Of a stretch of DNA of 64,000 nucleotides, positions 21,376 to 32,348 are shown piece by piece. The notes beneath the pieces are model-generated. The model made no database searches and had not been told where the DNA came from. It saw nothing but the letters and a program-made list of their open reading frames with translations. The stretch is from an uncultured bacterium (GTDB lineage Bacteria; Verrucomicrobiota; Verrucomicrobiia; Limisphaerales; UBA8199), in contig CAVVMW010000001.1 of assembly GCA_963749495.1 (NCBI GenBank), positions 352,001 to 416,000 on the forward strand, read 5' to 3'. A program made the position numbers and the translations under genes. Positions within the stretch are counted from its first letter, which is position 1. Each line of letters begins with the position of its first letter.

Positions 21376-22863
21376 ATGACCTCTTACCCGCTACTGTGTG
21401 AAATCAACACTCGTTGCTGGCTCCGGGAGTTGACCGAACACCACGGCGGTCCGGCCACCCTGGGCGATGTCCCGGCCGCCCAATTCGACCAATGGCGCCG
21501 GCTGGGTTTTACGCACGTCTGGCTGATGGGCGTTTGGGCCAGCGGGCCGCGGGCCCGGCAGGTGGCGCTGGCCGAGGCCCGCCGGCAGGCCCTGGACCGC
21601 AGCGTCCTGCCAGACTGGCAGCCGCAGGACATAGCCGGCTCCCCGTATGCCATCGGCGATTACCAGGTCCCGGAGACGCTGGGCGGCGAGGCAGGCCTTG
21701 CCGCGTTTCTCGAGCGGCTCCATGCCCAGGGGCTCAAGCTGCTCCTGGATTTTGTCCCCAACCATCTCGGCTTGGATCATCCCTGGCTCCGGCAACGGCC
21801 GGGAGTCTTCGTCCAGAGCCCGGACCCACGCCCCGGGACCTTCCGGCAACAGACTCGAGCGGGTCCCCGTTGGCTGGCGCACGGCAAAGACCCCTATTTC
21901 CCCCCCTGGACGGACACCGCCCAACTCGATTATCGCCGCCCGGACGCCCGCGCGGCCATGACCGGCCTGCTCCGGTCCGTGGCCGCGCGTTGCGACGGCG
22001 TCCGTTGCGACATGGCGATGCTCCTGCTCAACGACGTCTTCAACCGCACCTGGGAGACGTTCCCTGCCCTTGGACCGGCCCCGGCCTCGGAGTTCTGGGC
22101 CGATGCCATCGCCACGGTGAAAGAGGCCCTGCCGGATTTCCTCTTTCTGGCCGAGGCCTACTGGGGCCTGGGGCCACGCCTGCGGACCCTCGGCTTCGAT
22201 TATGTTTATGACAAGGAGTTGTATGACAGGCTGATGGGGCGGGATGCCGCGGGCCTCCACCAACACCTGTTCGGCTTGGCGCCGCAGGACCTGGCGGCCG
22301 GCGCGCATTTCCTCGAAAACCACGATGAGCCCCGCGTGGCCTCTCTCCTCTCCCTTGCCGAGCACCGCGCCGCCGCCCTGGTCATCCTCGGCCTGCCGGG
22401 AATGCGCTTCCTGCACGAGGGCCAGCTCTCCGGCGCCCGCGTCAGGGTCCCCGTGCAACTCCTGCGCCGGCCCGCGGAACCCGTCCAGGCCCCCATCCAG
22501 GAGTTCTACCAGACGCTGCTGACGGCACTGCAGGCGAGCGCTGTGGGCCACGGCGCGGGCCTGTTGCTGGCCCCGCGCCCCGCCTGGCCGGGCAACCCAA
22601 CCGACCGCAATTCTGTCCTGGTCCAATGGCAGGCGCGGCCACGGGCGTTTGACCTCGTGGCCGTGAATCTGGCCCCCCATCCCAGCCAGTGCTATGTCTC
22701 ATTGAATGTGCCCGAACTCGCAGCGTCCGAGTGGCGATTCGAGGATGCCCTGAGCCGGGACCAATTCTCGAGGGCGGGCCGGGAGTTGGAGCGGCAGGGG
22801 CTCTACCTCGACCTGCCGGCGCATGGGACGGCGCTGTTCCATGTGGAGCCGGGGGCTCAATGA
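21376..22863 (+). CDS. Alpha-amylase family (GH13) glycoside hydrolase
   Basis: GSPYAI, LDFVPNH, DGVRCDMA, LAEAYW, FLENHDE. Confidence 0.92.
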   Translation: MTSYPLLCEINTRCWLRELTEHHGGPATLGDVPAAQFDQWRRLGFTHVWLMGVWASGPRARQVALAEARRQALDRSVLPDWQPQDIAGSPYAIGDYQVPETLGGEAGLAAFLERLHAQGLKLLLDFVPNHLGLDHPWLRQRPGVFVQSPDPRPGTFRQQTRAGPRWLAHGKDPYFPPWTDTAQLDYRRPDARAAMTGLLRSVAARCDGVRCDMAMLLLNDVFNRTWETFPALGPAPASEFWADAIATVKEALPDFLFLAEAYWGLGPRLRTLGFDYVYDKELYDRLMGRDAAGLHQHLFGLAPQDLAAGAHFLENHDEPRVASLLSLAEHRAAALVILGLPGMRFLHEGQLSGARVRVPVQLLRRPAEPVQAPIQEFYQTLLTALQASAVGHGAGLLLAPRPAWPGNPTDRNSVLVQWQARPRAFDLVAVNLAPHPSQCYVSLNVPELAASEWRFEDALSRDQFSRAGRELERQGLYLDLPAHGTALFHVEPGAQ

Positions 22864-23020
22864 CAAATGACGAATGACGAATGACGAAAGTGCCCGGCAG
22901 GCTTGCCCATTCGTCATTCGTCATTCGTCATTCGTCATTCGTCATTCGTCATTCCTCATTCCGCCCCCGACCGTCAAGTAAGCTTGAGTTTTGTCGGCCC
23001 TTGTTCTAAAAAGGGCAACG

Positions 23021-23929
23021 ATGCATGACCCGAATCGACCGAGTCTGGCCAAGTGGCCGTTCTTTGCCGGCGACGCCTTGTTGCTGGGCGCCGCCTATTT
23101 TGTCTATGCCCGCAGCGAACTGCCGATGGGTGCGGGGCAGTTGGCCGTGGCGGTCTTTTGCGTGGCGGCCGGCGCTCTTCTCAGCATCACGCCCTTCCTC
23201 CTCGAATACCGGGGCCTGGTCCGGGTCTGGGAGGCCGCCGCCCTGACGAGCGTCGTTGAACAGGTCCGGAATCTGGAGGCCCTGGCCGTCGAAATTCGCC
23301 ACGCGACCGCCCAGTGGCAGAACGTCCAGGACGGGGCCGATAAGACCGTCGCCGCCGCCCAGGGCATCGCCGAACGGATGGCCGCCGAGGTGAAGTCCTT
23401 CTCCGAATTCATGCAGCGCGTCAACGATACCGAAAAGGCCAACCTGCGCCTCGAGGTCGAAAAGCTGCGCCGCGGCGAAGGCGACTGGCTGCAGATCCTT
23501 GTGCGCATGCTCGATCACGTCTATGCCCTCCACCAGGCGGGCCTGCGCTCCCGCCAGCCCACCCTCATCGAACAACTGACCCACTTCCAAAACGCCTGCC
23601 GCGAGGCCGCCCGCCGCGTGGGGCTCACCCCTTTCAGTGCGGAACCGGACGAGCCGTTCGACCCCAAGCGCCACCAGGCCGTCGAGGGCAACGGCCAACC
23701 GCCCGACGCGGCGCGGGTGGGCGAAACCGTGGCAACCGGTTACACCTTCCAGGGCCGGTTCCTCCGCGCCGCCCTGGTGCGGCTGCGCGACCCGGAGCCG
23801 GGACAGACTGCCGCCCCCGACCCGGCCGCCGACGCTGCCCCGGCTGACGACGCCACCCCAGCCGCCGCCGACCAGCAGAATTCGCCGCCAATGTCAAATA
23901 ACTCGCATCAGGGCTCACCCGCAGAGTGA
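23021..23929 (+). CDS. Membrane-anchored GrpE-like domain protein
   Basis: Two N-terminal TM helices, coiled coil, GrpE-type head (EPFDPKRHQAV...TGYTFQGRFLRAALV). Confidence 0.72.
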   Translation: MHDPNRPSLAKWPFFAGDALLLGAAYFVYARSELPMGAGQLAVAVFCVAAGALLSITPFLLEYRGLVRVWEAAALTSVVEQVRNLEALAVEIRHATAQWQNVQDGADKTVAAAQGIAERMAAEVKSFSEFMQRVNDTEKANLRLEVEKLRRGEGDWLQILVRMLDHVYALHQAGLRSRQPTLIEQLTHFQNACREAARRVGLTPFSAEPDEPFDPKRHQAVEGNGQPPDAARVGETVATGYTFQGRFLRAALVRLRDPEPGQTAAPDPAADAAPADDATPAAADQQNSPPMSNNSHQGSPAE

Positions 23930-24040
23930 GCCCGCCGATGCACCAGGGCCGAAGGCCCGCAATGTGAGAGCCTGGGCTGGAGCGAGTCCGACGAGCGGAG
24001 GCCCAGGTCAACCGCCGTCGCGAACGTCCCGAGCCCTGTA

Positions 24041-24162
24041 AGAATTCCCCGAACGAATTCGCGCTTTGCGCCCCTGAACCTCGACACTGCGTTCCCGTCC
24101 CGCGAAGCGTTTTGGACTGCGGCAGTCCAAAACCTTCGGACTTGGTGTCTGTTCATGGAGAG
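24041..24162. repeat. Composite MITE-like element; inverted homologue at 31641-31833
   Basis: The reverse complement of 31641-31833 aligns here except for a deleted central loop. Confidence 0.75.
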
Positions 24163-24461
24163 GCTCGACGGTTTTGAAATCGTGCATGCGGACCATGAAC
24201 CGGTTAGTGCATGGCGACGGAAGCCGCGAAGCGTTTTGGACTGCCGCAGTCCAAAACCTCGCGGGCCTCTTCACGGGTTCATGGAGAGGGCGCCAGAGCC
24301 CTCTAAATCGAACGACGCAACCTTGGCACAACGTTTGTCGCAGCCTTTGTCGGATCCTTTGTCGAGAATTGGGGCCTTCGACAAAGGTTGCGACAAAGGC
24401 TGCGACGAAGGTCCAGAATCCAGATGGGTGTGCCAATGTTGGCCGCTCCGATGTAGCGCCC

Positions 24462-25802
24462 TCAGGGCGCCCAATCTTCCGGGGGCATGTTCCCAGGGGA
24501 TCGGCCTGACGGCCTCAAGGCTATGTTCTGGCGGCCCGCTGGGCCGCGGGTGCTGCCGCCGTGAGGGGCTCGCTCGCGTTCGAGCAGGGTTGGGTGCGAA
24601 TAGTAGAAGCGGCTGTAGAGCGGGTGCGGGGTGAGGTTGCTCAGGTTCTTCTGGTTGAGCTTGCGCAAAGCCCCGATGAGGGAGCGCGGCTCGCCCATCA
24701 CCTGGGCGGCAAAGGCGTCGGCCTGGTACTCGTGCCTGCGGGACCACCAATGGGCCAGCGGCGAGAGCCAGAACGTCGCCACGCCCGACAGGAGGGCCAA
24801 GAGCAGCAGCGCCGGCGCGATATTGCCCGGCTCGAACCCGAAGGCGCGGTAGAACCAGGGCTGGCGCGAGAGCAGCCGGACCAGGCAAAAGCCCGCCAGC
24901 GAACCCAGGGCCGAGGCGGCCAACGTCTTGGGGATGTGCTTCTTTTTGTAGTGCCCGATCTCATGCGCCAGGACCGCCTCGAGCTCCGGCTCGGCCAGTT
25001 GCTGGATGAGGGTGTCGAAGAGGACGATCTTTCGGAAGCTGCCGAAGCCGGTGAAGAAGGCATTGGAGTGGCGCGAGCGCCGGCTGCCGTCCATGACCTG
25101 GATGCTCCTGGCCCGGAAGCGGGTCCGGTCGGCCAGGGCCAGCAGGCGTTGGCGCAAGCTGCCCTGGGGCAGCGGCGTGAACTTGTTAAAGAGCGGGAGG
25201 ATGAGGACGGGCGCCAGCACGGACATGAGCAGTTGAAAGCCCAGCAGCGCGGCCCAGGCCCACAGCCACCAGGCCGGCCCCGTCCATTGGACTAGCTCGA
25301 GCACCAGCCACAGCAACGGGTAGCCCAGCGCAAAACCCAGCAGCACACCCTTGAGGCGGTCCAACCACCACAGCTTCTGCGTCGTCGTGTTGAATCCGAA
25401 CCGTTCCTCGATGTGGAACTGATCGTACCAGTCCAGCGGCAGGTTCGGCAGCGACAGGACCAGCCCCGTCGCGAACAGGAAGGCCGCCATCGCCCAGGGC
25501 GCCCGGCCCAGTGTCTGCTCGAAGCAGCGCAGTCCCCAGGGCAGCAGCCCGCTGAAGAGCACCGCCACCAGCACCATCGAGTCATACGCCAGCTCGATTT
25601 GGCGCAGGCGCGAGTTGGCCAGGGCGTAGCGCACCGATTTGGCGTAAGTCGGTTCGTCCATGAGGCCCTGGAAGGCCTCCGGCAGGGCCTTGGCGTGGGC
25701 CAGCACGTTGCGCCGGTTCACCCGCTCCAGCCAGAGTTGGGTCAGGACCTTGGCCAGGATGAGAACCAGTGTGGCACCGGCGAAAGAAGTGAACCCCGTC
25801 AT
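24462..25802 (-). CDS. M48 family (Ste24/CAAX prenyl protease-like) zinc metallopeptidase
   Basis: GSRRSRHSNAFFTG, HEIGH, EYQAD, SHPTLLER; C-terminal tail may be frameshift-extended. Confidence 0.93.
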   Translation of the reverse strand: MTGFTSFAGATLVLILAKVLTQLWLERVNRRNVLAHAKALPEAFQGLMDEPTYAKSVRYALANSRLRQIELAYDSMVLVAVLFSGLLPWGLRCFEQTLGRAPWAMAAFLFATGLVLSLPNLPLDWYDQFHIEERFGFNTTTQKLWWLDRLKGVLLGFALGYPLLWLVLELVQWTGPAWWLWAWAALLGFQLLMSVLAPVLILPLFNKFTPLPQGSLRQRLLALADRTRFRARSIQVMDGSRRSRHSNAFFTGFGSFRKIVLFDTLIQQLAEPELEAVLAHEIGHYKKKHIPKTLAASALGSLAGFCLVRLLSRQPWFYRAFGFEPGNIAPALLLLALLSGVATFWLSPLAHWWSRRHEYQADAFAAQVMGEPRSLIGALRKLNQKNLSNLTPHPLYSRFYYSHPTLLERERAPHGGSTRGPAGRQNIALRPSGRSPGNMPPEDWAP

Positions 25803-25853
25803 TCGTCATTCGTCATTCGTCATTCGTCATTCGTCATTTCGAGCTGCGCCCGG

Positions 25854-27102
25854 CTAAAACTCAAACCTTACGTCTCCCAGGCGCCGGGCGATTTCGGCCA
25901 CTATTCGCTCCTCGTCGGCCTGGCTGGGGGCCGCGAACGTCACGCTCCATCGCAGGTAGGCCCCGGCGTCGTCCCACGGCACGGTTGAGATCAGTTTCTC
26001 GGTGATGAGCCACTGCGAGACCTCCTCGGCGCTGCGGAACTGGAGGCGCGCGCCGTCCCGCCTGGCGGCCGCTTTGGGGGCCTTGACATAGAGGAAGAAG
26101 GAGCCCTTGGGCTTGCGGGCTTGGAAGCCGGCCTCGCCCAGCACCCGCACCAGGGCGTCCATCCGGCGCGAGTACTTGGCGGCGATTTGCCGGGTGATCT
26201 CCGGGTGGTCAAAGCCGTGCGCCGCCGCGTGCTGGATGGCCAGGAACTGGCCCGAGTCCGTATTGTCCTTGACGTCGCCGTAGGCCTTGACCAGGAGCGG
26301 GTTGCCGGCCACGAACCCGCACCGCCAACCGGTCATGTTGAAGCTCTTGCTGGCCGAGTGCAGTTCCACTCCCACCTCCTTGGCCCCGGGCGCCGCCAGG
26401 AAGCTCAGCGGCCGGCCCTCGAACACCAGCGCCGCATAGGCGGCATCATGGACGACGAGCAGGCGGTTGCGTTTGGCGAAGGCCGCCGCCTCGGCAAAAA
26501 ACTCCGGCGTCGCGCTGGCCCCGGTCGGGTTGTTGGGATAGTTGAGCACCAGCACCTTGGCCTGCCCCAGCACCTGGGCCGGGACTGAACCGAGGTCGGG
26601 AAGAAACCCCCTCTCCTGCGTCAACGGCAGGTTATAGACCCGCCCGCCATAGTACTGGGCGTGGGTGCCAAAGACCGGGTAGCCGGGCGTGGTCATCAAG
26701 ACGTAATCGCCCGGGTTGACCAGTGCCGCCGGCAGAATCGAGAGCGCGGCCTTGCTCCCAATCGAGTGCAGCACCTCGGTCTCCGGATCGATGCCCTTGA
26801 CGCCGCACACGCGGTCCAGGTACCGCGCGGCCGCCTCTTTCAATACCGCGTCCCCATTGTCCGCGTACCCCCGGTTCTCCGGCCGGCGCGCCTCGGCACA
26901 CAGCTTCTCGACGACCTCCGCATAGGCCATCTCGTCCGGTTCGCCCACCCCCAGGTCCAGTATCTCCGCTCCGGGATGCGCCGCTATCGCCGCCCGCTTG
27001 GCCCGTTTGATCTTCTCGAACTTGTAAACGGCGCTCGACTTGCCGTACCTGACGCCCGCCGATCCGCTCGGCAAAGAGGTCCTGAATATATGATTCAACC
27101 AT
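25854..27102 (-). CDS. dapL: LL-diaminopimelate aminotransferase (1-nt frameshift near 27050)
   Basis: MVESYIQDLFAERIGG joined to YGKSSAVYKFEKIKRAK; NYPNNPTG, DAAY, SASKSFNMTGWR, DNTDSGQF. Confidence 0.88.
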
Positions 27103-27157
27103 ATCCGGCCAATGACACTAGTGGAGAAGCCCCGCCGGCGCAAGACGGCGACAGCCC

Positions 27158-27530
27158 CGGAGTGCGCCCGTCCCCGGGCGCAGCAGCGACGGAGCGGGCA
27201 GGCGCGCCGGAGTAGCTGACCGCTGCCCTGGGTGCGGACGTCGCTGCGCCCGAGGACGGGCGCACTCCGGGGGGGCAGGGTCGGGATGCGCCCCAGGGCC
27301 GAAGGCCCGCCATGTGACAGCCTTGGCCGGAGCGAGCACGCGAGCGGAGGCCCAGGTTGCCGACCGAGAAGCTCCTGCGCCCTGCAAGGGCGCCACACGG
27401 CCCGGCTCCCCTGCGTAACGGGTCCCGGCCTTACAGGCCCGGGTCGTTTTCGCGGGGCTCTGGCTTACCCGGCCCTCCGCTCCGCTCCAGGCCGGGCTAT
27501 CCCATGACGGGCCTTCGGCCCTGGGGCGCA
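27158..27530. repeat. Nested palindromes: family E (cggagtgcgcccgtccccgggcgcagc) and agggccgaaggccc...gggccttcggccct
   Basis: Family E recurs at 49771-49947; partial second family at 23945-24040. Confidence 0.75.
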
Positions 27531-27596
27531 CGGCGTACGCTGCCCCGACAAAGTGGTCGACAGGCTCCGGTGACTTTGGTAGATTGACGCCACCGA

Positions 27597-28043
27597 ATGC
27601 GAATCCTATTTCTGAATGGCCCGAACTTGAACCTGTTGGGTCAACGGGAGCCGGAGATCTATGGCCACACGACGCTGGCCGACATCGAGGCTATGGTTCG
27701 CAAACGGGCAGCCGGGCTCGGCGTGGAGGTCGGGTTCCGTCAATCCAACCTGGAGGGGGACTTGGTGAACTGGGTGCAGCAAGCCAAAGGGCAGTTTGAC
27801 GCGATAGTGCTGAATGCCGCCGCCTATACTCACACGAGCATCGCCCTGCGGGATGCGATCGCGGCAGTCGGCTTGCCCACCATCGAAGTCCATCTTTCGA
27901 ATGTCCACGCCCGGGAAGAGTTCCGGCACAGATCGGTGCTGGCGCCAGTCTGCTGCGGGGTGATAGCAGGGTTCGGCGCAGATTCCTACCTGTTGGGATT
28001 AGAGGCTGCGCATAACGTTAACGTCCGGAAGGCCGGGCATTGA
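27597..28043 (+). CDS. aroQ: Type II 3-dehydroquinate dehydratase
   Basis: [45 protein letters not shown]. Confidence 0.97.
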   Translation: MRILFLNGPNLNLLGQREPEIYGHTTLADIEAMVRKRAAGLGVEVGFRQSNLEGDLVNWVQQAKGQFDAIVLNAAAYTHTSIALRDAIAAVGLPTIEVHLSNVHAREEFRHRSVLAPVCCGVIAGFGADSYLLGLEAAHNVNVRKAGH

Positions 28044-28104
28044 TGACCTGTTTTTGCAGGGGTGCAACCCCATTTCAGGCGGTGTCCGTTGTTGTTTTTG
28101 CTGC

Positions 28105-28134
28105 TTGACGCTTTTCAAGCGAATAGAGTATTCT
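28105..28134 (+). promoter_or_regulatory. Putative sigma70 promoter of accBC
   Basis: TTGACG-N18-TATTCT in AT-rich intergenic DNA. Confidence 0.5.
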
Positions 28135-28222
28135 AAGCAGCCTTGATGCACGCTGGTCTGGTTCTTACGAAGGTTCAACTGCTAATTGTCAGGTGTTCGT
28201 ACAACTCTAACGATAAAAGGCC

Positions 28223-28702
28223 GTGGATTTAAAAGACATCAAAGCCATCATCGACCTGATGAAGAAGAACTCCGTCTCGGAGTTCGAGCTTGAGAAACAG
28301 GACTTCAAGATCAGGCTCAAACGCAGCCCCAACGGAGGGGGCGCACCGCCGGCATCCGTGTCCTACGAGGAAGCGCCTGTCCTGAATTACAGCCAGCCGC
28401 CTGCGCTGGGTCCAGCGCTAACTCCGCCAGTGCCGCAAGCGCTGCCCGTCCCGCCCAGTCCGGAGCTGGAAATCAAGTCGCCTATGATCGGCACGTTCTA
28501 TCGCGCGCCCTCGCCTGATTCGGCCGCTTATGTCGAGGTCGGTGTCGAGGTCAACCCGGAGACAGTGGTCTGCATAATCGAGGCGATGAAGGTCATGAAT
28601 GAGATCAAGGCCGAAGCCAAGGGCGTCATCACCCAAGTCCTGGTCGAGAACGCCAAGCCAGTCGAGTTCGGGCAGACGCTCTTCAAGCTGCGGCCGACAT
28701 GA
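28223..28702 (+). CDS. accB: Acetyl-CoA carboxylase biotin carboxyl carrier protein
   Basis: SPMIGTFYRAPSP, EAMKVMNEI. Confidence 0.97.
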   Translation: MDLKDIKAIIDLMKKNSVSEFELEKQDFKIRLKRSPNGGGAPPASVSYEEAPVLNYSQPPALGPALTPPVPQALPVPPSPELEIKSPMIGTFYRAPSPDSAAYVEVGVEVNPETVVCIIEAMKVMNEIKAEAKGVITQVLVENAKPVEFGQTLFKLRPT

Positions 28703-28720
28703 ACCAGGCTGTGAGGCTGC

Positions 28721-30097
28721 ATGTTTGAGAAGATTCTGGTAGCAAACCGCGGGGAGATAGCCGTCCGCATCATCCGCGCGTGCAAAGAGTTGAATATCCG
28801 CACGGTGGCGATTTATTCGGAGGCGGATATCAGCTCGATGCACGTGCAGATGGCGGACGAGGCGATCTGTATCGGTCCAGCCCCCGCCAGCGAGAGTTAT
28901 TTGCGGATCGACCGCATTGTGAGCGCGGCGGAGATAACGGACGTGGATGCCCTCCACCCCGGTTATGGGTTTCTGGCGGAGGACGGGCATTTCGCGGATG
29001 TCTGCGAGAGTTGCAATATTCGATTCATCGGGCCCAATTCGCGGGCGATGAACGCGCTGCAAGACAAGGCGGTCAGCCGTGCCCTGGCCAAGAAGGCGGA
29101 CGTGCCGACGCCCCCCGGCTCGGAGGGGGTGGTGGAGACGGAGCAGGATGCCCTGGCGGTGGCCAAACGCATCGGCTACCCGGTGATGATCAAGGCCATT
29201 GCCGGGGGCGGGGGCCGCGGGATGCGTGTGGCCCACAACGACATCTCGCTGGTCAAAGGCTATCACACCGCCCGGAGCGAGGCCGAGAAGGCCTTCGGCA
29301 ACTCGGGGGTCTATATCGAGAAGTACATCGAAAACCCCCACCATATCGAGTTTCAAATCCTGGGCGACAACAAGGGCAATATCATCCATCTGGGCGAGCG
29401 GGACTGCTCGATTCAGCGCCGCAACCAGAAGGTGGTCGAGGAGTGCCCCTCCCCCTTCCTGGAGATCCCCAAATTCAAGAAGCTCCGCGAGAAAATGGGC
29501 AAGGCCGCCATCCGCATCGCCAAAGAGGCCAATTACACCAATGCCGGCACCGTCGAGTTCATCGTGGACGCCGAGGGCAATTACTACTTCCTGGAGATGA
29601 ACAAGCGCATCCAGGTCGAGCATCCCATCACCGAAGAGGTCACCGGGATTGACCTGGTCCGCTACCAGATCATGCTGGCGATGGGCGAGCCGTTGCGCAT
29701 CTCCACCAGCGACGTCCAGGTCCGGGGCCATGCCATCGAGTGCCGTATCAATGCCGAGGACCCGTTCGACGACTTCCGGCCAAGCCCGGGCCGGATCGAG
29801 ATGTACTACCAGCCCGGCGGGCGCGGCGTGCGGGTCGATACCCATGTCTATGCCGGCTACACCATACCCCCGACTTACGACTCGATGCTCGGCAAACTCA
29901 TTACCTGGGGCAGAACCCGGCGCGAGGCGATGGACAAAATGAGCCGCGCCTTGAGCGAGTACATGATTACAGGCATCAAGACCACCATCTCCTTCGAGCA
30001 GGCCATTCTCCAGGACCCCAATTTCCGCCGCGGCGTCTATTCCACCAGCTTCGTTGACCAACTCCTGAGCGGGGCGCGCCGGGAACTCATCGAGTGA
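28721..30097 (+). CDS. accC: Acetyl-CoA carboxylase biotin carboxylase
   Basis: [48 protein letters not shown]. Confidence 0.98.
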   Translation: MFEKILVANRGEIAVRIIRACKELNIRTVAIYSEADISSMHVQMADEAICIGPAPASESYLRIDRIVSAAEITDVDALHPGYGFLAEDGHFADVCESCNIRFIGPNSRAMNALQDKAVSRALAKKADVPTPPGSEGVVETEQDALAVAKRIGYPVMIKAIAGGGGRGMRVAHNDISLVKGYHTARSEAEKAFGNSGVYIEKYIENPHHIEFQILGDNKGNIIHLGERDCSIQRRNQKVVEECPSPFLEIPKFKKLREKMGKAAIRIAKEANYTNAGTVEFIVDAEGNYYFLEMNKRIQVEHPITEEVTGIDLVRYQIMLAMGEPLRISTSDVQVRGHAIECRINAEDPFDDFRPSPGRIEMYYQPGGRGVRVDTHVYAGYTIPPTYDSMLGKLITWGRTRREAMDKMSRALSEYMITGIKTTISFEQAILQDPNFRRGVYSTSFVDQLLSGARRELIE

Positions 30098-31013
30098 GCT
30101 GAGCCAGCTTCATCCCCTCGCGGCGGAGCAGAGTCGCTTCGACTCGCGGGACGTACATCTGCGTCTCGGCAGGCAGGTGCGGGGCAATGGCGTCGAACCC
30201 GGCGGCCTTGTGTTGTTGCAGGAGCTTATCGATGGCGCCTTCGCCGGCATTGTAGGCGGCCAGGGCCAGGCGCCAGTCCTTGAAGTGGCCGTGCAGGTGC
30301 TGGAGGTATTTGGCGGCGGCGACGGCGCTGGGCTCGGGTTTGAGCCGCTGGTCCGAGGGCCAGCGCCTGAGGCCAAATCGCTTGGCGGTCGCCGGCATGA
30401 GCTGGAAGAGGCCGGCTGCCCCGGCCGGGCTGCGCGCCCTGGGGTCGAACGAGGATTCCACCTCGGCAATCCAGACCAGCTCCGGCGGGACTTGTTGGGC
30501 GGCAAACAGCGGTTTGAGCCGGGGCACGTAGGTCTTTGCATTGTCGGGCCACGGCCGGTCCACGAGCTTGTCGATCCAGACCTGGCGCTCCTGCTGCGGG
30601 GTGGGGTTGGGGGCGCGCAGCCGGGGCTGGCCGGGCCGGGGTTTGGGCGCCTTGATGATGAGGCGCAACTCATCGGCCGCGTCGAGGTAATCGAGTTGGG
30701 ACTTGAGCCACAGGGCGTAAGGCAGTGTCTCCTCGTAGCGTTCCAGCAGCGGCAGGATGGTCCTGGCGGTGTCCTTCAACGCGGCCAGGTCGATGACATA
30801 CTCCCCGGCGAGCCGTTTCTGGAGGTCATCCAGAAACTGCCGCACCTTGTCCTGGTCCACGTTCTGCAGCGCGCGCAACACGTCGTCGTCCAGGTTCTCC
30901 TGGGTCCATTCCTGGGCCGATTGCACGAGGTCGTCCAGCGTGACGGATTGGTTTTGGGCCTGGACCAGCAGCCCGCTCAGGAGCAACGCCGCAAGCAGCC
31001 CAACGGTTCTCAT
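30087..31013 (-). CDS. Lytic transglycosylase (SLT domain, MltD-like)
   Basis: Signal peptide; [30 protein letters not shown]. Confidence 0.92.
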   Translation of the reverse strand: MRTVGLLAALLLSGLLVQAQNQSVTLDDLVQSAQEWTQENLDDDVLRALQNVDQDKVRQFLDDLQKRLAGEYVIDLAALKDTARTILPLLERYEETLPYALWLKSQLDYLDAADELRLIIKAPKPRPGQPRLRAPNPTPQQERQVWIDKLVDRPWPDNAKTYVPRLKPLFAAQQVPPELVWIAEVESSFDPRARSPAGAAGLFQLMPATAKRFGLRRWPSDQRLKPEPSAVAAAKYLQHLHGHFKDWRLALAAYNAGEGAIDKLLQQHKAAGFDAIAPHLPAETQMYVPRVEATLLRREGMKLAQLTR

Positions 31014-31251
31014 GGCCCGCAGCTTACCAGCCCCGCCCCGCTTTTCAACCACCGTCCCGTTTGTCGCCTTTGTGCGGGCGCGCCTGACTGGAACCACCAC
31101 GGCACGAACGGCCAGCCCCAACGCTGGCGTGCCTGATCCATCCCGAAGGGATCGGAATCACTCAGCCCAGGGTTGCGCGGCACGCGCTACCCTGGGTCAC
31201 GTGCCCTCTGATCGACTACCCTGAAAGGGTTGCATCGGTGATGAAACCCTT

Positions 31252-31648
31252 TCCATGAACCGAAAAACGCATCCGTTGATTTCCAACCACTTACGCGTTT
31301 TGGGTTCATGGTCCCAATGCATGCGCAAAAGCGAAAGGAGGCTCTCCATGAAGCGAAGCGAAGGCCGCGAGCTGTTCGGAGGGAGAGCGCGGGAAAACCG
31401 CGCACTCCAGACGCTTCGCGAGGGAGGGACACGCGGCCAACATCGCGAAGCGTCTGGAGTGCGGCGTATTCCGCCGCTCTGGCTTCCGACGAGATACGCG
31501 CTCCAAGTTCAGGGTCCCAATGCACTCGCAAGAGCGAAAGGGGGCTCTCCATGAACCGAAAACACATCCGTTGATTTCCAACGACTTACGCGTTTTGGGT
31601 TCATCGTCCCAATGCATGCGCAAAAGCGAAAGGAGGCTCCCCATGAAC
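31252..31648. repeat. Two ~100-bp direct repeats (31252-31352, 31548-31648) flanking a palindrome
   Basis: 'tccatgaaccgaaaa..catccgttgatttccaac.acttacgcgttttgggttcat.gtcccaatgcatgcgcaaaagcgaaaggaggctc.ccatgaa' occurs twice. Confidence 0.85.
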
Positions 31649-31851
31649 CGACACCAGCTCCGAAGGTTTTGGACTGCGGTCCCGATCCATCGGGACCGCT
31701 CTCGCCTCCCCAGCGAGGGGACAAAAAAGCGGTCCTGATACTGCATCGGGACCGCAGTCCAAAACGCTACGCGGGATGGGGACGCAACATCGAGGTTCAG
31801 GGGCGCAAGCCGCGAATTCCCTCGGGGGATTCTCTCAGGGTTCTCAGCCTT

Positions 31852-32036
31852 TCGCGGATGACCACGCATTACGGGATCGAGGTCGCCCGCAAGCTCGGCT
31901 ACCAGCTTGCCTACCTGGGCGTGACGGTGGTCAGCGGCGGTGCCCGCGGCATCGATTCGGCGGCGCACCAGGGCGCCCTGGCCGACAAGGGACGCACCAC
32001 CGCCGTCCTGGGCACCGGTATCAAGATGGTTTTCCC
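31852..32036 (+). pseudogene. dprA: Internal dprA fragment (185-bp diverged copy of 37237-37421)
   Basis: SRMTTHYGIEVARKLGYQLAYLGVTVVSGGARGIDSAAHQGAL; about 14 mismatches counted by eye. Confidence 0.92.
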
Positions 32037-32348
32037 AGTCCAACGAACAACCGGCAACAACTGAAACCCTTCGGTTTTTCAAGGGTTTCCTGACGTTTTG
32101 CAGGTCAAGGGGTGTCGGATACCCTTGCGAGCGGAGGAGATGCCGGGCACGGTCTGGCGCAAGAACCGACACCCCCCCCGTGCCGAACGTCAAAACCGCC
32201 GCCAACAGAGTTTCCAGCCCTCGTTCCTGAGCGGATAAACTGGCTTTTCGGTTTCTGGACAGCGGTATTGTGCCAGAACACAATAGCGGTTTTAGCCACC
32301 ATCCCCTCAGTTCTCGGACAAGGTGCGGAATGAGAATTTGCAGCGGAC

